Shown: positions 21,567 to 34,990 of the stretch, piece by piece
Layout: every line of letters starts with the position of its first letter
Numbering within the stretch: the stretch's first letter is position 1
Virus record (IMG/VR): IMGVR_UViG_2974511964_000001
Location: 73,974-137,973 of that record
Reading direction: 5' to 3' (one strand)
Length of the DNA: 64,000 nucleotides
Source of the DNA: a virus
Taxonomy: Duplodnaviria > Caudoviricetes
Notes under the pieces: generated by a model
What the model was told of the DNA's origin: nothing
Database searches by the model: none
Seen by the model: the letters and a program-made list of their open reading frames with translations, nothing else
Made by a program: the position numbers and the translations under genes

Positions 21567-22703
21567 ATGTATAAAGCGTATAAAATTAGAATTTACCCTA
21601 ATAAACAACAAGAAGCACAAATATTATTAACTTTTGGACAGACTAGATTTGTTTGGAATAAAATGTTAGATATGCAATTAGAACGATACAGGAATGGTGG
21701 TAAGTTTGTTAACGCTTTTAGTATGGACTACCTATTGAAGCCACTGAAAAAAGAATATCCGTGGTTAACGGAGGCGCCTGCGCAAAGTCTACAACAGATA
21801 TGTAAAGACTTATCAGATGCTTTTAAAAATCTGTTTGAACATAGGGCAGGCAAACCCAAGTATAAGAGCAAAAAGTACCCAAAGCAGAGTTATAGATGCA
21901 ACCAAAGGATAATGTTAGTAGATGACCACCATATCAAGTTACCTAAACTAGGTTCTGTGTACTATCGCTCTGGTAGAGAAATTAAAGGTAAGATTAAAAG
22001 CGTAACTATCCGTAAATCTGCTACCAATAAATATTATGTTAGTGTCCTAACTGAAATAGAGATAAAACCTCTAGCGAAAATCAAGCAAGAGGTAGGTATT
22101 GATATGGGTGTTGCAGATTTAGTAATCACTAGTGATGGTAATAAATATAAAACAGTTAGATTTGACAAATTATTAGCTGATAAAAAACACTACTGGGAAG
22201 TACGATTGGCTCGTAGAAGGGCTTTAGCTAAGAAAGAAATAGCTTGGGATAAACACAATAATGTGCTGGAACCGAGAGAGTTATCAGATTTTAGTAACTA
22301 TATGAAAGCCAAGCTTATGGTAGCTAAGTATTCTGAGAAGATAGCTAACCAAAGAAAAGACTATCTTCATAAGATTAGTACCGAGCTAGTAAACCAGTAT
22401 GATGTTATCAAGATTGAAGATTTGAAAGCTGGTAATATGATGCGGAATCATAAGCTTGCTAGAACAATTGTTAATCAATCATGGAGAGAGCTACGTTTAA
22501 TGTTAGAATACAAATGTGAATGGTATGGTAAAGAGCTAGTAATTGTTAATCCATATAAGACCAGTCAAATCTGTTCTGACTGTGGCTATGATGACGGAAA
22601 GCATACTCTAGACGTTAGAGAATGGATTTGTCCTAATTGTGGTGCTAAGCATGATAGAGACATTAATGCTGCTAAGAACATTTTAAAGGAAGAAGCAAAG
22701 TAG
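21567..22703 (+). CDS. tnpB: TnpB RNA-guided nuclease, IS200/IS605 family, copy 2
   Basis: Close paralogue of 15972-17108; intact D/E/D RuvC triad; start at MYKAY after GGAGG. Confidence 0.92.
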   Translation: MYKAYKIRIYPNKQQEAQILLTFGQTRFVWNKMLDMQLERYRNGGKFVNAFSMDYLLKPLKKEYPWLTEAPAQSLQQICKDLSDAFKNLFEHRAGKPKYKSKKYPKQSYRCNQRIMLVDDHHIKLPKLGSVYYRSGREIKGKIKSVTIRKSATNKYYVSVLTEIEIKPLAKIKQEVGIDMGVADLVITSDGNKYKTVRFDKLLADKKHYWEVRLARRRALAKKEIAWDKHNNVLEPRELSDFSNYMKAKLMVAKYSEKIANQRKDYLHKISTELVNQYDVIKIEDLKAGNMMRNHKLARTIVNQSWRELRLMLEYKCEWYGKELVIVNPYKTSQICSDCGYDDGKHTLDVREWICPNCGAKHDRDINAAKNILKEEAK

Positions 22704-22830
22704 AAACACAATGTAAGGCTAGGGACTAGCCGTGGTAAGATAGTTATGACCTCTGTATATTGCTAGCTTAGGATATATAAGTTGTGATGTTCCCAGAAAC
22801 TTCTTAAATTTAAAAGGAGAAATAGTCCAC
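22704..22830 (+). ncRNA. omega-RNA / right end of tnpB copy 2
   Basis: Homologous to 17109-17231; ends ATAGTCCAC. Confidence 0.7.
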
Positions 22831-22865
22831 CAATGTGGTATCCTTTTACCGTGGGGGTGAAGATA

Positions 22866-24254
22866 ATGAATGATGAACCATTAGTTAGAATTGGCGGTAG
22901 CCAATCAGACTGGAAGAAGTGGCTAACTAAGTCCAAGGGGTTCTATCTGCAAGGGTTTACCACTAAAATTAACCAAGCCACTGACTTAGATGTCAAACAG
23001 TCTCCCTTGTACCTTACTCAATTAATCAGTAGATATCATGACCTAGACCAGAAATTAATTGGCCTTTATCGCTCAGGAGTGGATTCAAGTGTCACTTCGG
23101 TTACGTATAATTACTGGGTTGGTATGGGTAAGATTGTTATAGGCAAAGCTACAGTGCTGATTCAATCACTCAATAATGTTAATACTATTAGTTTCACCTA
23201 TCAATATCGAGTAACAGCATCCGAGTATCGGGCCAAAAACACTAACATTAAGTCCAGACATGCTGGTGGTAATAGTTTGAATGGGCAACGCAAGACTATT
23301 GCTAGGTGGCGGGACTATGACAAAGAGCGCCACAACTAACGTTATATTATTAGAAGAAGAAAACATTACAAGAAAGTAGGAATTTCATCATGGGATATAT
23401 TCGTAAAGAAGCAGTTGAAAAGGTTCTTAAGGCACACTCTAATGATAAGGGATTTATGAACTTGTTAGAACTTGTTAGAAAAGGTAAAAATACTAACACG
23501 TTACCTCACCCAAGATTCTCTGTTAGAGACTTAAATAAGGAAATTGTTGACCTAGTAGTAGAATTTGCACAAGACGGTAAATCACTTAATGTATACGAAG
23601 AAAGTCGAGGGTCACGTAGTTTCATTTACCAGTTTCCCATTGAGGGAATTATTTCCAACAAGACGACAACAGCTACAACAACGACTAAAAAAGTGGTATC
23701 AACAACTACTACAACCAAGAAAGTAGTACGTAAACGCCGTACAACCACTAAGACAACCACTAAGTCACCTAAATAATAAACTATAAAGCAATCCTATATA
23801 AGGGTTGCTTTTACTTTATACATGTGTTAAAATGGTAATAACAAATTAATTAGGAGTGATACTATTGAAACAAGAAGAAGCGGAGAAGTTAGACAAGGAA
23901 GGAAAGTCAATTGTATATTCTAAGCATCTTAGTGAAGACCAATTGGCTAGTCTCAGCCAAGAGTTCCAATTAGCAGAGTTAGAAGAGGTAGCAATTTTCT
24001 CTGTGTTATCAGATGATGCCAAGAAGTTCTTATTAAAACTAGAACCAGCAACAGGGGTTATCGCTAACTCAATTGTGCTACAGGCTGAGGGGAAAGCTCC
24101 AAAAGAAATGATTAACATGGAAAATCCTTTACTAGCCAAGTTAGCTAAGGAGTATAATAACCGAGTTAAAAAGGATAAGTCTAATGCAACCGACTTGCTT
24201 AATGAACTTGCAGACCGATATGTAGACGAGTTATATCCAGATAGTGATGAATAA
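22866..24254 (+). CDS. Three hypothetical genes (22866-23339, 23390-23776 with Thr/Lys-rich tail, 23856-24254)
   Basis: ORF track plus RBSs; terminator at about 23787-23813. Confidence 0.55.
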
Positions 24255-24543
24255 TTAGTCTGTTTTTGATAGGTAAAACATAACAGTTTTGTGCATATTT
24301 TTAGATATAATATTGTAATATTCACTTTAGGAATAACAGAACGCCTACAATTGTTCATTATATTAATTGTGTAGCCCCAAGGAAACAACTTATAAAATTG
24401 ATTATACCAAGGGTTACATTAATATTCACAATTGTTAGCCTAATAAGGGATAACTATTCAAAAAAGACATGAATATTATGGATATTGAACAAAACTTTTA
24501 CTGGTTATCTATTAAAAATTTATATTGATTGGAGTTTTAAAAC

Positions 24544-27294
24544 ATGGCAAAACGCAACAGCTTACTGGATTTGTATGAGAATCACCTTCTATTTACAAAG
24601 GTATATTCTTTATTGCAAGAGCATAAGCCATATGACTATATACTAAAGTTTTTAGATTCAGAAGGGTTCAAGTTATCTAAAGGCAGTTTATCTAAGTTAA
24701 AAGCTAAGATTACCGAAGCTGAGGAAACGGGCGTACCTATTGATGACCTGTTAGACAAACGCCGTAAAACGAGTATTGATGATATTGATTCGGACAAGGT
24801 AGAGGGGTTTGTTGGCAACCCTAACACGGATAATCCTAGGAGCACTCGCAAGGCCAATAACCTACCTAAGGAAACTTATGACATCCCAGAAGAAGCAGTC
24901 CCAGTAGAACATGTGCATTCTAGTAGACAAGTCCTAGAAATGATAATGGATAAAGGATTTGCAACAGCACAGGCTACACGAGTAATCGACATGCCAACGC
25001 TATTAAAAGCAGTTGAGTTGTATAATAAATGGTATTTCCAAGAGTCAAAAGGATTAACAGCAGAATCGTTGAAACAGTATCAACTAATCAACTCATCTAT
25101 AGTATCAGCAATGATTGATGTTATTCCTAAGTATGTTGAGAAAGATAAACAAGACAAGATGATTGCTGAGATGAATGACAGAGCTGCCAAGATTATTGAT
25201 AATGCTGGTGCTACCCGAGAAGGTAAAGAATTACTGAAGCAATTAGAAAAGGAAGGTCTATCACTATGATTGATAAAGAAACAGTTATTCCTAGTATTGA
25301 TGTTGATAACCTAGAACAACCCAAGGTATATAAGAATGCCCAATTTAGTATTGCATATGCTACTAAGTATGGTGAGATTAAATTTTGGATTAATGACAAC
25401 TTTATGGTAGCAAACTATCGTGGTAAGGATTATGTTATTAGCCTACCTGTTGCAATGTTTAAACAAGCAAAGTTGGTTATTGGAGAAGTTAATCCAGAAT
25501 TAGTAGGATTTATTACACCTGCTGGTTTAGGTGCTAAGCGGCTAGAATTTGATAGTAATCGAGCTATTAATCAGTTAACTGATGCTTTAAATAAAACGGA
25601 TAATGTCGAACTACAGACTTCTGGAGTTGTCCAACGAGTTAGTCAGTTTATTAATTCTGGCGATTTTACAGTTGACGACAAAGCAGACTTTGATGACATT
25701 ACCGAAGCTGCTGGAGACTTAGCTTTAAACACTGACGAAGCAAAAGAAGAACTGGCTAACATTATAGGTGCTAAGGGATTTGGGAAGGTCATTTCACATT
25801 CTATTAGTGACTTGGTTATGCTATTACCACGACTACAACAGGACTTAGAGAAGAGTGGTCTATTCGATGTATTTTTGGATGGTGATAAGGTGTTTAAGGA
25901 GGCTGAGTAATGTTGGGATTATATATTATTTTAGGTGGTTTGTGTTTAGGACTATTTATCTACTTGATTCTATATGCTCGGATGGCTAATTTGGAAGTAC
26001 AATTATATGCTGACGTTGATGCTTTCCTATCAGACTGGGTAAAAGCACAAGCAGAAGTTAATCAAGTTATTAGTTCAGATTTAGATGATATCCGCGAACG
26101 AGTTAAAAATGACAATAAATTGTTATCAAAACTTGACGATATTGAGAAGAATATCAACTTAAAAACTCAAATTATTGAAGATTACAAGGAAAATGATAAA
26201 AAGGAATCTCCCACAGAATAGTAAGTTTATATTACTCTTTAGAGGGTGGGTGCTGATGAAATTATTGTGGATGGGAGTATTGCTAGTTACAGGGCTATCG
26301 TTTTACAACCCTGAGTTTATCCTATTGTTTTCAGTTATCCTATTTATTGATTGGGTAATGGGTAGTCGTAAGGACTTAATAAAACTAGTGAGATGCTTGA
26401 AGAACAAGCAACAGCTATTATCATTGAAAAGAATTAATGCTGACATTGAGAAAGAAATTAATACCTGCTACCTAAATGTCAGTAGAAATAGTAAGGACAA
26501 GTCTAAATAGGACTTGTCTTTTTGTTTACCATATGCTATACTAAAGATAAAGGACGTGAATTTTAATGAAATATACACAATACAAGGGCAATAATAGGTG
26601 GTTTAAGCACTTACAAGATATCAAGCAGACTAAGCCTATCAGAGCAAGCATTCAGGGGCTAGAGAGCAATCTAGTGGATACAATCGTTGTTATTGATAAA
26701 TTACACATGAATAAGGATTCGGCATCATGGGATATAGAGTTAAGCAAAGAGGTGTATAAGAACGTTCCGAACCCACTAAAGGAAATTGCTGGTCAAATTG
26801 AATTTGATGAAAATACAGATAGCAAGTTCTTTATGTGGACTACTAATCATAATCGTTTATATGACCTAAGTGAAGTAGGTCCTTATACCTTATTTGAATC
26901 AAAAACAGACAGCGGAGTAATTCTAAGAGTTCTCTTCACTAAAGAAACTAACATGTTGCTGCCTATCAATACCTTGACCTTGAACGAGCATGAGCTTGGC
27001 AGAAAAGAAAGAAACACAATTAATCATCTTATCCACCATCGGCTGGCTGGTAAACTATGGCGTGCAACTATCGTCACTAATACCACCTCACAGACAACTG
27101 AGCTATCCTATAATAATCTCAGTTTAAATACTGTATTTGGAGAAGCAATCTCCCTGGGAAATATATACGGAATGGTATCTTACAATGCTAAAGGTAAATA
27201 TAAAGTATATGTAGAAGATGATAGCGCTACTATCCAAATCGTTCAGCCATATCATACTGTTATTCTAATTAAGTTTCTACCACTAAGATTATAA
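24544..27294 (+). CDS. Five hypothetical genes (24544-25269, 25266-25910, 25910-26221, 26175-26510, 26566-27294)
   Basis: Overlapping operon-style ORFs; two carry TM segments; terminator at about 27305-27335. Confidence 0.6.
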
Positions 27295-27733
27295 CAATAA
27301 TATCAATGACTGTCTAATAGGCGGTCATTTTTATTATGCCTAAAAGGAGGTGGGTATAATACTAACCCCCACTAGGTTATTTTAAGAACTATAATACTTA
27401 GTTGTAAACTGTCCCGATTTATTAGTAATTTTTTCAAAAAGTTTCCCCGAAAATTTTACCCCCACCTCAGTATCTGAAATTTGCAAATAATAAGTATAAT
27501 CCTGTCCGGATTTATGAGTAATTTTTTCAAAAAGTTTCTTTTAAAAAATTTATGGGCGTGCTGGTGGGTGAGCAATGGGCGTGCTAGTGTTGTGCTTGAT
27601 TGAGATACAAATACAGTTTTAACACCTTATATAGTAGGAAAAATAATTGAAACGATTTTAATAAAAAGTGTTGACACTAACAACGCCTAGCTATATACTA
27701 TAGTCATTCAAGTAAAGGAGAGGGCGCTACATT

Positions 27734-30700
27734 ATGAACGATAGAGAACCAGCACCAAGCAAAAAGCATAAGTTACCTAAATGGATAAAGTTACTATTAT
27801 GGATTGCAGCCTTTTACATTCTATGGAATGCAGGCAAGATGATAGTTGTTTACATTCTATGGTACCCGGGACGAATGCTATTAATGATAGGGTTAGCGTT
27901 ATTATTAAGTGGACTATTCAACAGACACTAGAAAATATCGAAATAGGTATTGACATGATATGTAATTGATGATATTATAAAATAAAAAAGTAAAGGGGTC
28001 TTACATTATGTTATTCTTAATCAAAATGTTTATTATCGGAGCAATTATTGGGAGTGTCGCGGGAGTTATTGAAGGGCTGATTAATGCTAATGTAAAAAAT
28101 GATGAGACAGCTAAAACGTTAAACCGATATGTTACTGCAATAACTTGGCTTGTGTACATTTATGTATGTATCTTTTAAGGAGGTATAATGATGATTATCA
28201 ATAAAAACAATGTCAGTAGTTTTAAGTTTCAACCCTATGACAACCGAACATATAACCGGCCTAACATTCTATACCGGCAAGCCACCGAGTTATATAACAG
28301 GGGCTTACAGTACGTTTTGAGGGGCTATAAACCTCTTAATGATAACGGGGTTATAATTGCTTGCAATCCTACACCGGAACAAGTAGTGAACTACGTTGAT
28401 ACTACTAATTATAGTAGCTACTGGCTAGAGATTGCACGGCCATTAGGTGGGAAAATTAAGGTTAAAAAAGTTTCATTATATGGTTGACTATAAAATAGTA
28501 TAATGCTATGCTATACACGTGAGATAGTCAAGAAACAAAATACTATTGTTTCACGTGAAACAACTGAAAGGAAGTAATACATTGTGAAATTCAAAGAGTT
28601 TATGAACCATGGTAAAACTGAAAACGAGATTAAGCAAGATATTTACAAGTATGGTAAGCAACTAGACACAATTGGAAAGCCGGCGAACAGCCATATGCAA
28701 CTTTACAAGGTACAGCAGTACGACAGCGGACGCCGGGCAGTTAACCTTGGCACTTATGACATGTATTTTCAGAACATTGCAGAACTAAATTTATATCGCA
28801 AACCCTTGGTCAAGTTAGTGAGTGATGGAATTGACTATGTGTTATATTTTCAGATTATTCAGCAGGCTATTTTAATGGATAACAAGCGAAATGTAAAACT
28901 AGTAACAAAACCATCATTCTCGGACTTTTTGGGGGCTGATGATGATTTAACAAATTTATTTCAAAATACGCTTGACAAGTTGCGAGAATAACCGTATGCT
29001 ATAGTTATTCAAGTAAAGGAGGTTATAGAATATGGCTACATTAAAACTAGTATTTATTATTGTAATTGCTATCTATGCTTACAAAAAGTATAAAGACAAT
29101 CAGAAATAAAGTTTTAAAAAGTTCTTGACAGGTTATCAATTAAGATATATAATTAAGACATTAAATAAGAAAAGAGATAATACATTATGAAAATTTTAGA
29201 CACATTCGAATTACAACCACAATTAGACCATGCACAATCATTCTACCGCAAGGCGTTCACTTTGCATAATAATGATGAAACAATTGACTTAAAATCTTAT
29301 GATACTATTGTTGCAAAATGGAGCATGGGCGAAGTTATTGTTAACGGGACTTATTCGGCCACTACGTTGCGTCACATTAAGGAATTTATTTATCAGACTA
29401 CTGGCGTTAGTGGTTTGACTAAAAAGGATATTGAAACGGATTATTACTTGCCATATAATTAATTAAAAAGCTGTTGACACTCTGCAATAGATATGATAAG
29501 CTAACTATAACAAATTAAGAAAGAGGTTTTATATTATGAAATTAGGAACAGCGATTGAACTTTTACAAGATGATACTTTTGACATGCAGGAAGCCTTTTA
29601 CTCGGACCTAGCTGGTGATGTATATGCTGAATACACGCTTAGGGTAACTGATGCAGAAACCCTTTTGACCGAGCTAGAACTTGACTTGTCTGGTATTGAT
29701 GACTATGACGCGTTACACGATGCGGTTGAGGACGAACTTGCTAATAGTTTTGATGGTGGCGTTGATGGTGTAGAAACAGTATAGGGCGCAACGGACTAGC
29801 TTAATAGGCTAGTTTTTTTATTAAACTGATTGACATTCGTACAAGTCTATGCTTTCGGTTCTAGCTGTGATTGTGGCTAATTATACCGGACTAGTTTAAA
29901 ATGGCTTAAAACGGCTTATATAACCTTGTAGGCATATGGTATAAAAATACAATTATTTAAAAATAAGGGTTGACAGCTTAGACTATTAAATGATATATTT
30001 TAATCATTGATAAGCAAGGAACAAGCAATAATGTTTCACGTGAAACATTTAAAATAAACGCTTGACAAGCCCTCAACTATCATGTATACTTAAGTCATTC
30101 AATAAGGAAAGGACGTTATAACATGCTTATTATCAGTATGGAAACATTACCTAAAATCATTGAGCTAGCACTTGCAATCTATGGGGGTATTAAGCTAGCA
30201 GACAAGTTTTTCCCCAGCATTAAGCAATCAAAATTCTTTGAAAGTTTTTTCAATTAAGCTATTGACATTTAAAAATAACAAGCTTATAATTAAGACATTA
30301 AATAAGAAGAGGAGTTAATACATTATGAGCAATGAAATTAGAGATGGCCTAATGAACAACGTGACACGGTATGATGATATTCAGGAATACGGAAAGTATA
30401 ACGCAGGGGCAACAACGGAAGACCTACAAGAATTGATTTATAATGGTTGGATTGCTGAATTGACACCGGGAACTTACAATGGTGCACTTGATAAGTTTGA
30501 CCGGGTCACTAAGCTAACTGATAATGATATTATTGGCGCTATTAAGTTGAATATAGCGGAAGATGACACAATAATGGAAACAATCGAATCTTTTTATTCC
30601 GGTGATAGTACCTCTGATATGCAAGCATTAGCTTATACGGAAATTTATGATGTGTTTACAATTGGTCAACGATTATATGTTGACATGGATAAATAAACCT

Positions 30701-31625
30701 GATATACTGTATTCAGTTAATAAATAAGAAAAGGAAGTTATAAACATGACAGCAAGTGAAAAATTAACACAACTAATTGAAAACGATAAGTTAACGGACG
30801 ACCAACTAGATAACTTGAATAACTGGGGTATTCTAACCGTATCAGAGTTGAGAGAATATTTAATTGACTTGATTCATAAATTAAAAAATGAAACTTATAG
30901 CGTTGACTATGAGGAAGCAGTTGTAGCATTATATGATTTACTTGATTATAGTGATGATTATTTTGTGATTTATGATGAGGCCGACGTAAGCGAATTAGAT
31001 TTTGATACCTTGATGGACGCCCTAGACACTGCACTAGATGTTGACTAGAAAAGAGGAAATTAAAATGAAACTATATAAATTATTAATTGCTGTTGTTGCC
31101 GGGGTTACATTGTCACTAGTTACCGCATATAATGCGGATGCTAGCAGGCCGAATTATGCTTATACCTTAACACGGACTAAGCAACACGCTGTTAAGCTTA
31201 CCAATACCGGACGTACTGAAAACATGTACCGAGTAACCGTTAAGACTGGTAAAGCTGTAAGATGGTATTACATGGCTTTAAATGCTAAACAGTCATGGCT
31301 AGTTAAACAGCCTCGTAAGTATAGTGTTACTGTTCGGCGTGTATCTAAAAGTGATGAGAAGCGCAATGCAGACCCACGTAACCACTTTACACCATTAGGA
31401 ATTAGAAACACTCAACGAACCGTATGGAATCGTTAGAATAGGATAATTGGAGGAATTTAAAAAATGGGATTTACTGAAGTTTTAACAATTGTATTTGTAG
31501 TATGTAAGCTACTAGGTATTATTACTTGGTCATGGTGGCTTGTATTGTTACCTGAAATTATTGCCGGTGTACTTTATATCAGTTTTGTAGGAATTACATT
31601 ATTCGGAGTGTTTAAACGCTACTAG
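27734..31625 (+). CDS. Small early genes: 27734-27931, 28008-28178, 28188-28487, 28584-28991, 29032-29109, 29187-29462, 29536-29784, 30123-30257, 30325-30696, 30746-31048, 31065-31436, 31464-31625
   Basis: RBS and mostly a dedicated promoter; four ORFs under 60 aa were read manually; several are acidic or membrane peptides. Confidence 0.6.
28547..28562. promoter_or_regulatory. parS: parS site (ParB/Spo0J-binding palindrome)
   Basis: Perfect TGTTTCACGTGAAACA. Confidence 0.85.
30032..30047. promoter_or_regulatory. parS: parS site (ParB/Spo0J-binding palindrome)
   Basis: Perfect TGTTTCACGTGAAACA. Confidence 0.85.
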
Positions 31626-31677
31626 AGTAATTAAGGACTAGTCTATCATGGCTAGTCTTTTTGTATGGTCATTGAAT

Positions 31678-31966
31678 AGCGTGTATATAAGCGTGTATAT
31701 AAGCGTGTATACGAGCCGTTATAGGTGCATGGCAGTATATAGGGCAATAGGTAGTGGGATAGCAATATATAGACAATGTACATTAGTACATACATACGAG
31801 CCTACAATACATACATACCTAAGAGGTAGACAGTACATACATATATACGAGCCTAGCAATACACACATATAGATATATATACGAGCCTAGCAATACACAC
31901 ATATAGATATATATACGAGCCTACAATATATAGTCAATAGGTAGGCAATACATACATACGAGCCTA
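31678..31966. repeat. Direct-repeat cluster: 12-bp AGCGTGTATATA tandem and six ATACGAGCC cores, including a 34-bp tandem unit
   Basis: ATACGAGCC at 31709, 31794, 31845, 31879, 31913 and 31956. Confidence 0.85.
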
Positions 31967-32788
31967 AGGTTCACCTATCTTACTAATAATATTACAGTAC
32001 ACAGCCAGCCTAGTTAGTTGACCAGCTAACCAATCACGTATACAACTAGCCGATTGCTTAATCACTGTACTAGCTAACCAATATGCAATCATATCATGCT
32101 GGTTTATATCAACTTATTATGGCTACATGTATAGGCTACCTATATACGGCTTATATATGGGCGTGTATTAACAGTTAGCCGTATATAGGTGTAATTATAC
32201 TGGTGGCAATATAAACGGCTTAGAATGGCTGCTAGGGGGCTTATATAGGGCGCTTATATTGGTAGCCTATTGCTGCATACAAAAATAACCCTATATACTT
32301 TCATATAGGGGTTGACCAGTGGCTAAATACATGTTATAATTAGTTATACAATAAAAGAGGAGGTAAAGATAAAACTACATAGTACGGTTACCATGGCTAC
32401 ATAGTCCAAAAGCCTTACTAGTTCTGTACGAGGAGTGTATACTTTTTTAAAAATTAACTTAACAATTCCCTAATCATATCCGGTATAGCTTAGACCGTGT
32501 AGCTGTGGTGCTGGTACTATTGAGCTGTTATTAACCTCCTTTACTTTATATACTAAGTATACAGCTATATGGGGTAAATGTCAACCTTTTTAGCAAATTA
32601 ATTTAAGCTATACCAATTCTAAAATAGGTCAATACTCACCATAGGCTACATCGACTATAAACGCCGGTATAATAACATTCCTTAAAATAACGATAAAACC
32701 GTACCAATTTATTTTGAAATAGTTGTTGACAGGTTACAAACTAGGGTATATACTATAGTCAATCAATAAGAAAAGAGGAAATTACATT

Positions 32789-34990
32789 ATGAAATTAGAT
32801 ATTAACGTATTAAACCTATTACTCAACAAGGAAACCATCCGCTTTATTGCTCAACCTGATAAGAACGGCTTCAGCAAGTCGGTAGTTGTTGGCTCGGTTG
32901 GTCATGTATACTCATTAGAGAGAGTAAGTAGCTTTGAACCATGTAGCAGTCTTACGAACAACAACGTTATCTTAGATGGGGTTAATAAGGATTATAAAAC
33001 CTTGATGGCGTATCTCAAAGCTAATAAATACGAATTATTTTAAATAGTTCTTGACAAGCCCGAGTATAGGGCATATGATTAAGACATTAAATAAGGAAAA
33101 GGAGTATTACATTATGGAAAAACGTGAAGCATTTGCAAGCATTTCAATTACTAACACAACGGCGCTACTTATTACAGACATCGACGAAGCAGGTGAAAAC
33201 GTGACCTATTGCGTCAGTGTACTGGACGAAGCACAAGCGCCTAAAAGCCACCATGCTAAAATTAGTTACACTATTAAAGATAACGAACCATACTTTAATA
33301 GCATTCTAGGACGAATGCATTTGTCTGAAGCAATGAAGATTACACCAGTTGAAATTTAATTTTGAAAAGTAGTTGACAGGTAGCCATATACCTGCTATAC
33401 TATAATCAATAAATAAGGAAAGCAGGAATTACATTATGATTTTAACAAGCATATTAGACACGGTAAATAGCATTAACGAAGCATGGTTACGGGAATCGTT
33501 AAAACGAGAAGCAACCGCTATTAATAACAGCACCGATACCCATATGGAAGTTTATAATAACAAGCCTAATCATTTTACAATTGTGGTTGATGATTCGCTT
33601 GAATACATGTTAGATACTACCGACTATACAGCTGAACTAACACACCACCCATCAATCTTTAATGATGACACGTTGGAAACCTTACTAGTTGCTATCGTCG
33701 ATGACAGTGATGATTTTGAAGATAAGCTAGCATTTGAAGTTATCATGGCTATTTATCATACACTATAAAGCAATTAGGGTTATCCATGGGGGTAGCCCTT
33801 TTATATACATCCGTTTATACGCCACTATAAGCTTGTTACGGACGTTTTATATTAGGGGTAGTATAATTACACTAGGCATAGTCTAAAACGTCTCACAGGG
33901 CTTGTATGGACGTTATAGAGGTATTGACACCACCATTATACTATGTTATGCTATATTAGAGTTGAAAGCAGTTGAAAGGTGGTACACTAATGACTAATCA
34001 TAACAAGCAACAACAAGCATATGCAACACCAGTTAAGGACAAGCTACGGCTATTAACAGGTAAAGTTATCACGCTTAATACCTATAACACTAACTACCCA
34101 GTTGAATTTGTCGAACCATTGTTATTCTATATTGCTTATGGCTTACCTGATAAACTAGACACTAACACATTGACTAGCTATTTCAATCAACACTACACCA
34201 AGGGTACACCACTTAATAAAGTAGGACTGCACTTAATTAACCCTCACTAGGCTATTTTGATAGCTATAAATTAATTTCAATTAGGTGGTTGCATTCAATT
34301 GCCTAATATGGTATATTTAAAGAGTAGAAAAACAAGACATCAACCGGCAAAATAAAATAAATTAAATTCAATTAGTTGTTGACATGTTAGAATATGAGGT
34401 TTATACTTAAGTCATTCAATAAGCAAAGGGGTTTTATACATGATTAAATTAGAGAACACGATTAAAGTTTTTGTACCAGTAACTAACAATGACGGGGTAA
34501 AGGTTGACTTAAACCCTGAAATTAAAGCCGCCTTAACGGTTATCGGGGGCGCCACTACCTATACAGCCCGAGGCAATTGGACGGACAATAACAGGCTGTA
34601 CACCGATAACATTAACGTTATGCAGTTCAATACTATGGACTTTAACAAGGACACTACTCGGGTTATCAGTGACCTAATTCGTGCAATCTTTATTAAAGCC
34701 GAGCAACTAGCCGTTAGCGTTGAAATTAACGGGGTTCTATACATTTTAGAAAGTACTGAAGATATTAAAGAATTATTTTAAAATAGCTGTTGACAACTTA
34801 AAAAGTAGGGTATATACTTAAGTCATTAAATAAGAAAAGGAAGTTATACATTATGACATCACGCAAAAACAACTGCTCAACTATCAAGGCCACTAAGGGT
34901 AACCAAGTTCGTTACTTGTCTACACGGGACGAAACTAAAGGATTAGACATTCAATTAGACTTATTGGAGTGGACACTAACAGCTATCTAA
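32789..34990 (+). CDS. Small early genes: 32789-33043, 33114-33359, 33436-33768, 33990-34250, 34440-34781, 34853-34990
   Basis: Promoter + RBS cassettes, most with the TACATTATG leader; terminator at about 35007-35037. Confidence 0.6.

Noticed and set aside
15954-22830. Calling the two tnpB copies complete autonomous IS elements or Cas12 effectors
   Set aside because: No tnpA, no recognisable left end and no adjacent repeat array
31648-31872. 74-aa ORF, and the idea that the ATACGAGCC repeats form a CRISPR array
   Set aside because: The ORF starts inside a terminator and translates low-complexity repeats; the repeat spacing is irregular or tandem, with no unique spacers
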